From Syntrophales bacterium (GTDB lineage Bacteria > Desulfobacterota > Syntrophia > Syntrophales > UBA2210), in the NCBI GenBank assembly GCA_963666365.2, contig CAXXNF010000002.1, positions 2,048,001-2,112,000 of the forward strand: a stretch of 64,000 nt of DNA, read 5' to 3'. The position numbers and the translations under genes were made by a program. Below the pieces are notes generated by a model that had not been told where the DNA came from, made no database searches, and saw only the letters and a list, made by a program, of their open reading frames with translations. Numbering within the stretch: the stretch's first letter is position 1; each line of letters begins with the position of its first letter. Of the stretch, positions 18,652 to 27,538 are shown one piece after another.

Positions 18652-19845
18652 TTATTCTTGATAGGGCGAACTGTATCGAAGCTGCGCGATATTCTCCACA
18701 TGTTTCGTACGAGGAAACATATCGAAAGGTCGCACCCTGTCCAGTACGTAGCCCTGCTGGAGAAGACGTCGGATATCCCGAGCCTGGGTTGCGGGATTGC
18801 ACGACACATAGACTATTCTGTCCGCCTGCAGGGCTGCGATTTCATCAAGCACAGCGGCCGCACAACCGATGCGCGGAGGATCGAGAATCACGCTATCGAT
18901 GTGAGGCATTGACTTTCCACGGATCTTTTTTAACACCCCTTCCATCTTTCCCGCGTAAAAACGGGCCCGTGAAAACCCCTGGGCTTCAAGGTTACCCTTC
19001 GCACACGTGACTGCTTTCTCGTCTGCATCACCGCCGAAAATCCGCCTTGCTCTCAATGCAAGGAAAAGGGTGAATAGACCCGATCCGCAATAACAATCGA
19101 TAATCGTCGTATCTTCAAGAGGATGGCATGCCTCTACGACGGCATCGACCAACTGACCGACAAGAGCGCCATTTGCCTGAAAGAATCCCCCATAGGGCAC
19201 TTTCAATGATTTCGCATTGACCGTTCTCGTAATATACTCATCTGCCTTATAGGCAACATCGGACCAGAAGGTCATGCGTTCTCGGGAAATAATTTTCGCC
19301 GTTTTACCGTGCTTCACCATCGCGTATTCTTCATTGATCGATTCTTCGACAAGCTCACACCGCTCGATTTCGATGATGTCGGACCCTTCACCCTTCATAA
19401 ATCCGGTCATGATCCGGCCGTTTGTATCACGGGTGCAGTGGTACTCCGCCTTCTGGCGATAGTGGTATATTTTCGGCGATGGAACCACATCTTCGACAGG
19501 GGGAGACGACAGGCCTCCGATCCGCTCCAGGACATCCACAATCTGTTGTTTTTTGATCTTCAGTTCATGGCCGTACTCCATATGTTGGTAGTGACACCCC
19601 CCGCAGGACATATAATAGGGGCACGGTGGAGCAATCCGGAAGGGTGATGCATGAATGAGTTCTTGCATTTCCGCCAGAAGATACCGCTTTTTCACCACCT
19701 TCAGCGCAGCCTCTACCACATCGCCGTCCACTGTGAAAGGGACGAATACCACCCTGCCGTCAATTCTCCCCACACCGGCGCCTCCGAAGGCAACTCCTTC
19801 AATCTTAATCCGGATTCTGTCTTTCGGCGCAAATACTTTATCCAT
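18652..19845 (-). CDS. RlmD/TrmA-family RNA m5U methyltransferase with TRAM domain
   Basis: CPYYMSCGGC Fe-S motif, FFQAN, YCGSGLF, DPPR.G, YVSCNPAT.ARD, DMFP.T.HVE. Start moved to ATG 19845. Confidence 0.9.
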   Translation of the reverse strand: MDKVFAPKDRIRIKIEGVAFGGAGVGRIDGRVVFVPFTVDGDVVEAALKVVKKRYLLAEMQELIHASPFRIAPPCPYYMSCGGCHYQHMEYGHELKIKKQQIVDVLERIGGLSSPPVEDVVPSPKIYHYRQKAEYHCTRDTNGRIMTGFMKGEGSDIIEIERCELVEESINEEYAMVKHGKTAKIISRERMTFWSDVAYKADEYITRTVNAKSLKVPYGGFFQANGALVGQLVDAVVEACHPLEDTTIIDCYCGSGLFTLFLALRARRIFGGDADEKAVTCAKGNLEAQGFSRARFYAGKMEGVLKKIRGKSMPHIDSVILDPPRIGCAAAVLDEIAALQADRIVYVSCNPATQARDIRRLLQQGYVLDRVRPFDMFPRTKHVENIAQLRYSSPYQE

Positions 19846-20001
19846 CAAGAAGCCTTTCAATAATATTATTTTTTGGCTTTTATATCTTGAAGTCCTTTGG
19901 CGCACAAGTAAATTGACCATTCGCTTGCGGTCTCTTCATTTTCCTTTACAAGAATGCCAAATATTGTTAGCGTGCCGCAACGACCCTCAAAAAAGGCTGC
20001 A

Positions 20002-21162
20002 ATGGATAACGGAAACATCAATCGAGTGCACCTCGATGGAAAAGAAATTATTATTATAGGAACGGCTCACGTATCCCGTGAAAGCGCCGACCTGGTGGAA
20101 CGAATAATCGAAGAAGAAACGCCTGATACGGTCTGTGTGGAACTGTGCCGTTCCCGCTATGATGCGATTACGCAGAAAGACGCCTGGGAAAAAACGGACA
20201 TCGTCAAGCTTGTCCGAGAGAAGCGAACCTCCCTCCTTTTGTCACAACTTCTCATGGCATCGGTGCAGAAAAAAATAGCCGATAAATTCGGCATCAAGCC
20301 GGGTGAGGAAATGCTGCGGGCCATTGAAAAGGCAGAGTCAGTCGGAGCGCACCTGGTTCTGGCCGACCGCGACATTCGCACGACGCTGACACGAACATGG
20401 CGGAAGATCCGGTTCATAAGCAAGCTACGGCTCCTGTTCGAGGCCCCCCTCTCCTTTCTCATGGCTGACGATATTACCGAAGAGGAAATTGAGGAACTCA
20501 AACATAAGGACGGCCTCGAACTTGCCCTCAGCACCTTCGGGAAAAAACTCCCTGAGGTCAAGACCACTCTGATCGATGAACGGGACCAGTACCTTGCCGA
20601 TTCCATTACCCGTGCGACCGGCGCCAAGATCGTGGCGGTCGTGGGGGCCGGCCACGTGCCCGGCATTCTGCATCATCTCGGAAAACCGGTCGATATTGCA
20701 CGCATTTCAGAAATACCCCCCAAAGGCCCTCTGGGAAAAGCAGTGGCCTGGGGGATATCACTTGTCGTCATCGGATTGATTGTTTTCGGATTCTTTCATT
20801 CCGGAAGCGAGGCCAGTCTCAATATGATTAAATGGTGGATCGCGGTGAACGGCATACTTGCCGGCGCGGGCGCGCTCATTGTTCTTGCCCATCCCCTTAC
20901 CGTGCTCGCCTCCATCGCGGCGGCCCCGCTCACCTCTCTGAATCCCATGGTGGCCGCGGGGTGGGTGGCCGGCCTCACGGAAGCGTCGCTTCGGAAACCG
21001 CAGGTAAAGGATTTTATGGCGCTTCGCACCGATATTGCCACGGTCAGAGGATTCTGGAGAAACAAGATTACGAGGATTCTTCTGGTGGTGGTCTTCGTCA
21101 ACATAGGAAGCTCCATCGGCACCTTTGTGGCCATACCCTTGATGATGAAGTATCTGGTATGA
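20002..21162 (+). CDS. TraB/GumN (PrgY-like) family protein with C-terminal membrane segments
   Basis: IGTAHVS, VELC, PGEEM, DRDI, ERD.YL, VVGAGH. Confidence 0.9.
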   Translation: MDNGNINRVHLDGKEIIIIGTAHVSRESADLVERIIEEETPDTVCVELCRSRYDAITQKDAWEKTDIVKLVREKRTSLLLSQLLMASVQKKIADKFGIKPGEEMLRAIEKAESVGAHLVLADRDIRTTLTRTWRKIRFISKLRLLFEAPLSFLMADDITEEEIEELKHKDGLELALSTFGKKLPEVKTTLIDERDQYLADSITRATGAKIVAVVGAGHVPGILHHLGKPVDIARISEIPPKGPLGKAVAWGISLVVIGLIVFGFFHSGSEASLNMIKWWIAVNGILAGAGALIVLAHPLTVLASIAAAPLTSLNPMVAAGWVAGLTEASLRKPQVKDFMALRTDIATVRGFWRNKITRILLVVVFVNIGSSIGTFVAIPLMMKYLV

Positions 21163-21174
21163 GGTACCCTTTGC

Positions 21175-22020
21175 ATGTCGCCTGTCGAACGCACATCGAT
21201 CATATGCCCCAATTGCCGTAAACTGATCAGCTCCTATGAAGAGCGCTGCCCCTATTGCGGCATGAAAAATCCGGGAAGCCGATGGCGGATCGATATCCTT
21301 GCCTCCCTCTTTCAAAGATACGACCTGATTTCCGTGATCATCGGAACCAATGCGGCCTTCTATATTCTTTCGCTCGTGCTCAACACCTCATCGGTGGGCA
21401 TGTCGGCCAATCCCATGGCCCTCCTGTCTCCCTCCAACAACAGTCTCCTGCTGCTGGGCGCGACGGGCGCCATTCCCATCGATCACTTTCACTGGTGGTG
21501 GACGTTGATTTCGGCATCCTATCTCCACGGCGGCGTGCTTCACATTTTTTTCAATATGATAGCGCTCTACCAGATCGGACCTTTTGTCCGCAACGAGTAC
21601 GGTCCCCATCGTTTCTTTATCATCTACAGCATCGCCGGGATTGCAGGATTTTTCATATCCTATCTGGCGGGGGTCTCTTTTACGATCGGCGCCTCAGCGA
21701 GCCTTTGCGGCCTGATCGGCGCAACGCTTTTCTATGGAAAAAGCCGGGGGGGCAGCTTCGGTACCGCAATCTATCGGCAGGTCCTGGGGTGGGTTGTGGT
21801 CCTCATTGTGTTCGGATTCCTTGTGCCGGGCATCAACAACTGGGCCCACGGCGGAGGGATTGTCACCGGGATCGCCGGAGGATTTCTTCTGGGATATAAT
21901 GATACACGATTAGAAACCGCGGCGCACCGCCTGCTGGCGAATGCCTTCCTGTTCCTGACCGTCCTCGTGCTCATCTGGGCGGTTCTTCAGGCCCTTTACC
22001 ACACCCTTTTTTCCTTTTAG
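21175..22020 (+). CDS. Rhomboid intramembrane serine protease with N-terminal zinc ribbon
   Basis: CPNC...CPYC; H...HIFFNM, GAS, AHGGG. Confidence 0.88.
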   Translation: MSPVERTSIICPNCRKLISSYEERCPYCGMKNPGSRWRIDILASLFQRYDLISVIIGTNAAFYILSLVLNTSSVGMSANPMALLSPSNNSLLLLGATGAIPIDHFHWWWTLISASYLHGGVLHIFFNMIALYQIGPFVRNEYGPHRFFIIYSIAGIAGFFISYLAGVSFTIGASASLCGLIGATLFYGKSRGGSFGTAIYRQVLGWVVVLIVFGFLVPGINNWAHGGGIVTGIAGGFLLGYNDTRLETAAHRLLANAFLFLTVLVLIWAVLQALYHTLFSF

Positions 22021-22081
22021 CGACGAAAAGAACCATGGAGGCAGTGCTTGTAGACGGCCGTTTTTAAAGGCCTCAAAGCGA

Positions 22082-22110
22082 TTGACAGACGCTCAATATT
22101 CCCCTATAGT
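22082..22110 (+). promoter_or_regulatory. sigma70-type promoter upstream of lipoprotein-sfsA
   Basis: TTGACA-17 nt-TATAGT. Confidence 0.65.
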
Positions 22111-22200
22111 GATGCCCGTCGCTGTCTAGACAATCCTCTTTTCAGGAGTCCCTTACGCATCCCTGCAAAGAGGCTGCCAAAAACCATGAGGGGGTGCAAA

Positions 22201-22611
22201 ATGAACCATCGAGTTGCGGCAGGGTGCTTGGTAATTGTCCTTTTCTTATTTTTGACGGGGTGCAATACGGCTTTCATGGTAGGTGATAAAGTGGTCGGCA
22301 TCCATTCGGGCAAGTTCTTCTATACCGACGGCACCCTGAGAACCGATTACAATGTTTCCTTCGAGCATGCCTGGACTGCCTGCGAAAAAACCCTGCAGGA
22401 CATGAAGGCAACCGTCCTGGAAGTGGAAAAGAAGATATCGAAGGGTAAATTTGATGCGACAATGGAAGGGGAAGATGTGAGCATTTCCGTAGAGTATGTG
22501 GAAAGCACCGTCACCCGAATAGCCGTGCGTGTGGGACTTGCGGGAAACAATGTCGCCTCCAGGCTTATTCACGATAAAATCAAAATGCACCTGTCGGAAA
22601 ATCGAACGTAA
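22201..22611 (+). CDS. Lipoprotein, DUF3568-like
   Basis: Lipobox LTGC; C-terminal T.I.VRVG..G....S..I..KI pattern. Confidence 0.7.
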   Translation: MNHRVAAGCLVIVLFLFLTGCNTAFMVGDKVVGIHSGKFFYTDGTLRTDYNVSFEHAWTACEKTLQDMKATVLEVEKKISKGKFDATMEGEDVSISVEYVESTVTRIAVRVGLAGNNVASRLIHDKIKMHLSENRT

Positions 22612-22631
22612 CGTTTCCAACCGAAACCGGC

Positions 22632-23837
22632 ATGTCATCCTCTTCCACCCCGACCCTTCACCTCTTTCCGCGCACGAGAAGGGGCGTGTTCACGAGAAGG
22701 CTGAACCGCTTCGTCATCGAGTGCAGTGTCGACGGGAGCTTGATGCGGGCCTATCTTCCCAACCCGGGCCGTCTGCGGGAGCTTCTTCTCCCCGGACGAA
22801 CGCTCTATCTGGCTGAAAATGCCCCATCAGGAAAATACCGCTACACCGCCGTCGCCGTAGTACGGGACGGGCGACCGGTTCTCCTTCATACCCATATGGC
22901 AAACCGAGCTGTGCAATGGCTTTTGATACACAGGGCCATCCCGGAACTGAAGGATGCCACGGTAGTGCGTCCCGAAGTGACCGTCGATCGCAGTCGTTTC
23001 GATTTCCTGCTTGAAAAAGACGGGATGCCTTTTCTGCTGGAGGTAAAATCCTGCACGCTCTTTGAAGACGACATCGCCCTTTTTCCCGATGCCGTCACCG
23101 ACCGGGGGAGACGCCACCTTCTGGAGCTGGCGGAAAGCGCCCGCCAGGGAACCCCGGGCGGGGTTGTCATACTGATCAACTGGCCCCGGACTCGCTACTT
23201 TCTTCCCGATTATCACACCGATCTTGAGTTTGCCCGCGCCTTTCTTGAAGTAAAAAAAGACATCGCCTTCATCCCAATAGCCGTGGAATGGAGCGATACT
23301 CTGTCCCTCATTCCTTCTGTGAGGCGCGTGGCCATTCCCTGGGCGCTCATCGAGCGCGAGGCTGCGGATAGCGGAAGCTACGTTCTTATACTCCGGCTTT
23401 CCCACGATGAGACGATCGAGGTGGGAAAGCTCGGATCGCTACACTTTCGCAGGGGCTATTATCTTTATGTGGGCTCGGCAAAAAAGAATCTGACCCGGCG
23501 CATCAATCGTCACCTGCGAAAGCGAAAGAACTTTCACTGGCATATCGATTATCTGCGGGACCGGGCCGATTACGCACAGGCACTGGCAATCCGGTCGAGC
23601 GATACCCTGGAATGCGCATTGGCAAAGGCGATTGAAAAAATCGCCCATTGGAAAACGCCGGCCTTCGGCTCGTCGGACTGCGGCTGCGACACGCACCTTT
23701 TCGGCATGACGCACGATCCCGCACAGGATCCCGCCTTTGTGGAAATACTCCAGTACTTCAGGATCGGTCGTCTTCGCGAAGAACTTCAGAAAATCAAAAA
23801 AAGCTCTCGCGCGGAGCCGCAGGGGCGTAGAGATTAA
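22632..23837 (+). CDS. sfsA: SfsA nuclease-fold protein fused to GIY-YIG (DUF123/COG1833-like) domain
   Basis: N-terminal RLNRF, PNPGRLRELL, RFDF, EVKS, FPDAVT.RG.RHL.EL. C-terminal GSYVL...GYYLYVGSA, RI.RH, HWHIDYL, FGSSDC.C.THL. Confidence 0.88.
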   Translation: MSSSSTPTLHLFPRTRRGVFTRRLNRFVIECSVDGSLMRAYLPNPGRLRELLLPGRTLYLAENAPSGKYRYTAVAVVRDGRPVLLHTHMANRAVQWLLIHRAIPELKDATVVRPEVTVDRSRFDFLLEKDGMPFLLEVKSCTLFEDDIALFPDAVTDRGRRHLLELAESARQGTPGGVVILINWPRTRYFLPDYHTDLEFARAFLEVKKDIAFIPIAVEWSDTLSLIPSVRRVAIPWALIEREAADSGSYVLILRLSHDETIEVGKLGSLHFRRGYYLYVGSAKKNLTRRINRHLRKRKNFHWHIDYLRDRADYAQALAIRSSDTLECALAKAIEKIAHWKTPAFGSSDCGCDTHLFGMTHDPAQDPAFVEILQYFRIGRLREELQKIKKSSRAEPQGRRD

Positions 23838-23885
23838 AATGAAATTAATAATGGGTTCACTGCGTCTCAGCGCTTCGGCGGGAGA
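23805..23885. repeat. Degenerate inverted repeat overlapping sfsA 3' end
   Basis: Arms 23805-23830 and 23860-23885 are complementary at 18/26 positions by hand count, around an AT-rich spacer. Confidence 0.45.
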
Positions 23886-23954
23886 AAGAAATATGGACAG
23901 ATTCCCCGGAAATCCGCTATAGTACTTTCAATTATTCGGGATAATTGATTAACA

Positions 23955-24476
23955 ATGATAACTTTTACCATCAATACGAAATCTATCATCGTCGGCGTCA
24001 TCGGAAGCAATCATGACGACAGCCCCGCCATGGCCGAGGCCTTTCGAATCGGCGAAGAGATTGCAAAGCGGGGACATGTGCTCCTTACGGGAGGGGGAAC
24101 GGGAATCATGAAGGCGGCCTCCGAAGGCGCATACCGCGCCGGCGGGCTCGTCATCGGCATTCTGCCCAACGAACGGGGGACGGGGCCTTCGGGATACCCG
24201 AATGAATTTGTCCACATTCCTATCTATACGGGAATGTCCGACGGGAGGAATGTCATCAACGCCAAAACCCCGCATGCCATCGTGGCCCTCTCCGGAGGAT
24301 TCGGCACCATTTCCGAAATCGCCATCGCCCTTAAATCGGGAACACCGGTTATCGGAATAAAGGCGCCTTACCTTAATTCCCCGGGCGGTGCGCCCTTTCA
24401 TCAAGCAAGCTCCGTTGAAGAGGCCATGAAGATACTGGACAGGCTTCTCTCAAGTAGAAACAGTACACATACTTAG
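23955..24476 (+). CDS. TIGR00725 family (SLOG/LOG-like) protein
   Basis: GVIG, TGGGTGIM.AA..GA, GILP, TGM..GRN, GG.GT.SEIA.A. Confidence 0.88.
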   Translation: MITFTINTKSIIVGVIGSNHDDSPAMAEAFRIGEEIAKRGHVLLTGGGTGIMKAASEGAYRAGGLVIGILPNERGTGPSGYPNEFVHIPIYTGMSDGRNVINAKTPHAIVALSGGFGTISEIAIALKSGTPVIGIKAPYLNSPGGAPFHQASSVEEAMKILDRLLSSRNSTHT

Positions 24477-24509
24477 CACAAATTACGAAGCATCTATAAG
24501 GCACATACT

Positions 24510-25760
24510 ATGAATAGAAAGCAAATATCTATTATCGATTCAAATGACGAATACCTCCTTCGTTTCATCTCCGAAAATGTTCATGAAGCCATAAATATCT
24601 CGCAAGACGGAAGAGTAAAATTTGCCAACAGGAAAGTGCTGGAACTCTTTGGATGCACACTCGATGAACTCACAAGCAGACCTTTTGTCGATTTCATTCA
24701 CCCCGATGACAGAGACATGGTGTACGAACGCTACCAGAAACGATTAAAGGGCGAGGAAATCACAAGTTATCCCTACAGGATTATCGACAAAGAAGGCAAT
24801 GTTAAATATATGGAAATGAAAGGAGCCGTCGTTCTATGGAACGGCAGGCCCGCCACGCTCAATTTTGTCATGGATATCACCGCACGCCTCCAGGCGGAAG
24901 AAGAATTGAGAAAGTCCGAAAAAAGGTTCTTTGATATTATCAATTTCCTCCCCGATGCAACCTTCGCCATAGATAACAAAGGAACGGTTATCGCATGGAA
25001 CAAGTCAATAGAAGAACTGACGGGAGTGCCCGCATCCCACATGCTGGGTCAAAAAGATTACCTCTATGCCGTACCATTTTACGGCAAAGCCAGGCCGATG
25101 CTCATTGATCTTATTTTTTGCCCCTTTAAAAAATACGAGACCCTCTATCCCAGGTTCAGGCGTGAAAAAGATATATTGTTTGCAGAAACGATCGTCACTA
25201 TGAACGGATCCGAGTTATGTCTTTGGTGCAAGGCGAGTGCAATTTACGATGAAAATAATGCCAGAATCGGGGCAATAGAATCTCTTCGAGATATTACGGA
25301 ACCCAAAAGAGCAAGGGAAGAACTTAATATAAAAACAAAAAACTTGGAAGAACTCAATACCGCTCTCAAGGTACTTCTTTCTCACCGAGAACAGGATAAG
25401 AAAGAAATAGAAGAAAAATTTATTATGAATATGAATAAATTGATTATTCCTTATGTGGAGAAACTGAAAATAAGCAAGTCAGATTCAGAAAAATCAAACT
25501 ACATAGAAATCCTTGAAAAAAATCTCGAAGAAATAACGTCCAGCTTTGTCATGAACATCGGTTCGCAATCGACAGGCTGCACACCTCGTGAAGTAGAAAT
25601 AGCCCAGCTCGTCAAAACCGGAAAAACATCAAAGGAAATCGCAGACATTTTAAACATATCGGTCAATACCGTGAATGTGTGCCGGGGACGAATCAGAAAG
25701 AAACTCGGGCTTAATAAAGAGAAAACGAACCTGCGCCTTCATCTCTCATCTTTCCAATAA
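24510..25760 (+). CDS. PAS-PAS-LuxR-HTH one-component transcriptional regulator
   Basis: Two PAS/PAC units (FIHPDD...DIT; LPDATFAID...RDIT), coiled coil, TPREVEIA..V..GKTSKEIA..L.IS..TV...R..IRKKL. Confidence 0.9.
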   Translation: MNRKQISIIDSNDEYLLRFISENVHEAINISQDGRVKFANRKVLELFGCTLDELTSRPFVDFIHPDDRDMVYERYQKRLKGEEITSYPYRIIDKEGNVKYMEMKGAVVLWNGRPATLNFVMDITARLQAEEELRKSEKRFFDIINFLPDATFAIDNKGTVIAWNKSIEELTGVPASHMLGQKDYLYAVPFYGKARPMLIDLIFCPFKKYETLYPRFRREKDILFAETIVTMNGSELCLWCKASAIYDENNARIGAIESLRDITEPKRAREELNIKTKNLEELNTALKVLLSHREQDKKEIEEKFIMNMNKLIIPYVEKLKISKSDSEKSNYIEILEKNLEEITSSFVMNIGSQSTGCTPREVEIAQLVKTGKTSKEIADILNISVNTVNVCRGRIRKKLGLNKEKTNLRLHLSSFQ

Positions 25761-26068
25761 TCATTACAAATAATAATAAAAATATATTCAATTTTGAATT
25801 ATTCCATTTTCCGGACACCTATGTTCTTATACTCCTACCACTTAAGAAAATCAGGAAACGGCACGTATATCTGACCAGTTACTTGTAGTTAAAGAAATCC
25901 GGATATTCTAAGAGAATGTTGAAGAGACTATGTTCTCATCCTAACCTTTGAATTCTGATTCAATTATTGAACTCAAAACGGTTGTCGCCATTAGATAAAG
26001 GAAAGGGAAATCTTGTTTTTCTTAATTTTCCTTAATAACAATGAAACTACAATCAAAGGAGATGGGAA

Positions 26069-27421
26069 ATGAGGGGAAAAATGTTAAATTTTAAGCTGCT
26101 TTTTATGTGTGTTTTGTTCGTTTGTGTATGCGGTCTTTTGGGTCTGCCCGATAAGGCTCTGTCCATACCGGCATTTGACGTAAGCAAGATGTCGGACATG
26201 TCGGACTTTGATCCAACGGCGCCGATGGAACCGGAAGGCGATGTCGTCAAGATCGGATATATGAACATTTTTTCCGGAGCCGGAGCAGGGGTCGGTGAAC
26301 TCAGTGTCATCGGAATGAAGTGGGCCGCCTATGACTACAATAAACGAGGGGGCATTCTCGTCGATGGAAAGAAGAAAAAAATAAAGGTCTTGCTCGGCGA
26401 TACGCAAGGCAAGCCTGTCACCACCAAAAAGGAAGCAGAGAAACTATGCCTCGAGGACAAAGTCGATATCATCGTAGGCACCCCAGGCAGTCATACCGCA
26501 TTAGTGATTCAAAACGTTGCCAAAAAACATAAAACGCTTCACCTTAACGATCGCGGGGTTGCGGAAGCGTTGATGAACGCAAAGAATTTCAGCCGCTATA
26601 GCTTCCGAACTTGCCTGACAACGAGGATGTTCGGACAGGCCATGGCCTATTACTACTCTAAACGGCCGGAAAAGAAATTTTATATTCTCTGCCAGGATTA
26701 TTCCTACGGCCACGATATCGCCAATGCTTTTATGGAGGCTCTCAAGGTCTACAAGCCCGATCACGAAATAGTGGGCGAGTCGTATCATCCGATTCTTTTG
26801 AAAGATTTCGCACCTTATATTACAAAAGTAAAGGGTTCGGGAGCGGAAGTGCTCTATACGGGGGACTGGATGCCCGACAGCCAAAACCTGGTTGTCCAGG
26901 CCAACGACCTCGGTCTCGAAACACAGATCGCAAATATTTACTGCGATATATACCAAGTGCAAAAGGCAACCGGAGTGGAAGCGGGAAAGCGTATAATCAA
27001 CGGCAATTCACATATGATAACCGTTGACACCCCTGAGAACAAAGCCATAAATCAGATCTGGTACGATCAATGGAAAAACTGGAAAAAACCTTATGATACT
27101 CCATACTACAAATGGCCCGGCGGCACTCTTGGCGAAAATATGGTAAGCTATTATTGGCTGCTCGGCATTCTTGAAAAGGCTGGCACAACCGATCCTGAGA
27201 AAATCATCGAAACCTGGGAGAATGATGAATACAGGGCCTTTAATGGTGTCGTTAAAATGAGAGCCTGTGACCACCAGATTGTTCGAGAACTGTTTATCTC
27301 TCAATTTGAATATCCTAACCCGTGGTACGATGACGCTGCATCCTATGGAAAGGCATTTGTAGTTCCGCCTGAATACTGCACCCAGCCGATTCCCGAAGAC
27401 CTCGACAGGTGCAAAAAATAA
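26069..27421 (+). CDS. Liv-type ABC substrate-binding protein (paralogue of 7913-9256)
   Basis: Shares KEAEKLCLE, SKRPEKKFYIL, KMRACDH, PIPEDLDRCKK with copy 1. Confidence 0.88.
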   Translation: MRGKMLNFKLLFMCVLFVCVCGLLGLPDKALSIPAFDVSKMSDMSDFDPTAPMEPEGDVVKIGYMNIFSGAGAGVGELSVIGMKWAAYDYNKRGGILVDGKKKKIKVLLGDTQGKPVTTKKEAEKLCLEDKVDIIVGTPGSHTALVIQNVAKKHKTLHLNDRGVAEALMNAKNFSRYSFRTCLTTRMFGQAMAYYYSKRPEKKFYILCQDYSYGHDIANAFMEALKVYKPDHEIVGESYHPILLKDFAPYITKVKGSGAEVLYTGDWMPDSQNLVVQANDLGLETQIANIYCDIYQVQKATGVEAGKRIINGNSHMITVDTPENKAINQIWYDQWKNWKKPYDTPYYKWPGGTLGENMVSYYWLLGILEKAGTTDPEKIIETWENDEYRAFNGVVKMRACDHQIVRELFISQFEYPNPWYDDAASYGKAFVVPPEYCTQPIPEDLDRCKK

Positions 27422-27441
27422 ATAAACCCGGCGCACAGCCT

Positions 27442-27477
27442 ATAAAGCGGCCATTGTGATCACAATGGCCGCTTTAT
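27442..27477. terminator. Perfect 36-bp palindrome between convergent genes (probable bidirectional terminator)
   Basis: ATAAAGCGGCCATTGTGA|TCACAATGGCCGCTTTAT. Confidence 0.7.
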
Positions 27478-27538
27478 CATACCCAAGGACAAGCAACAAT
27501 TTTATAGGAGCTTTAAACGCCTGTCACTCAGACACGTG

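Noticed and set aside
20002..21162. TraB name suggesting conjugation
   Set aside because: It is the TraB/GumN/PrgY family. No T4SS, relaxase or other mobility genes are present.
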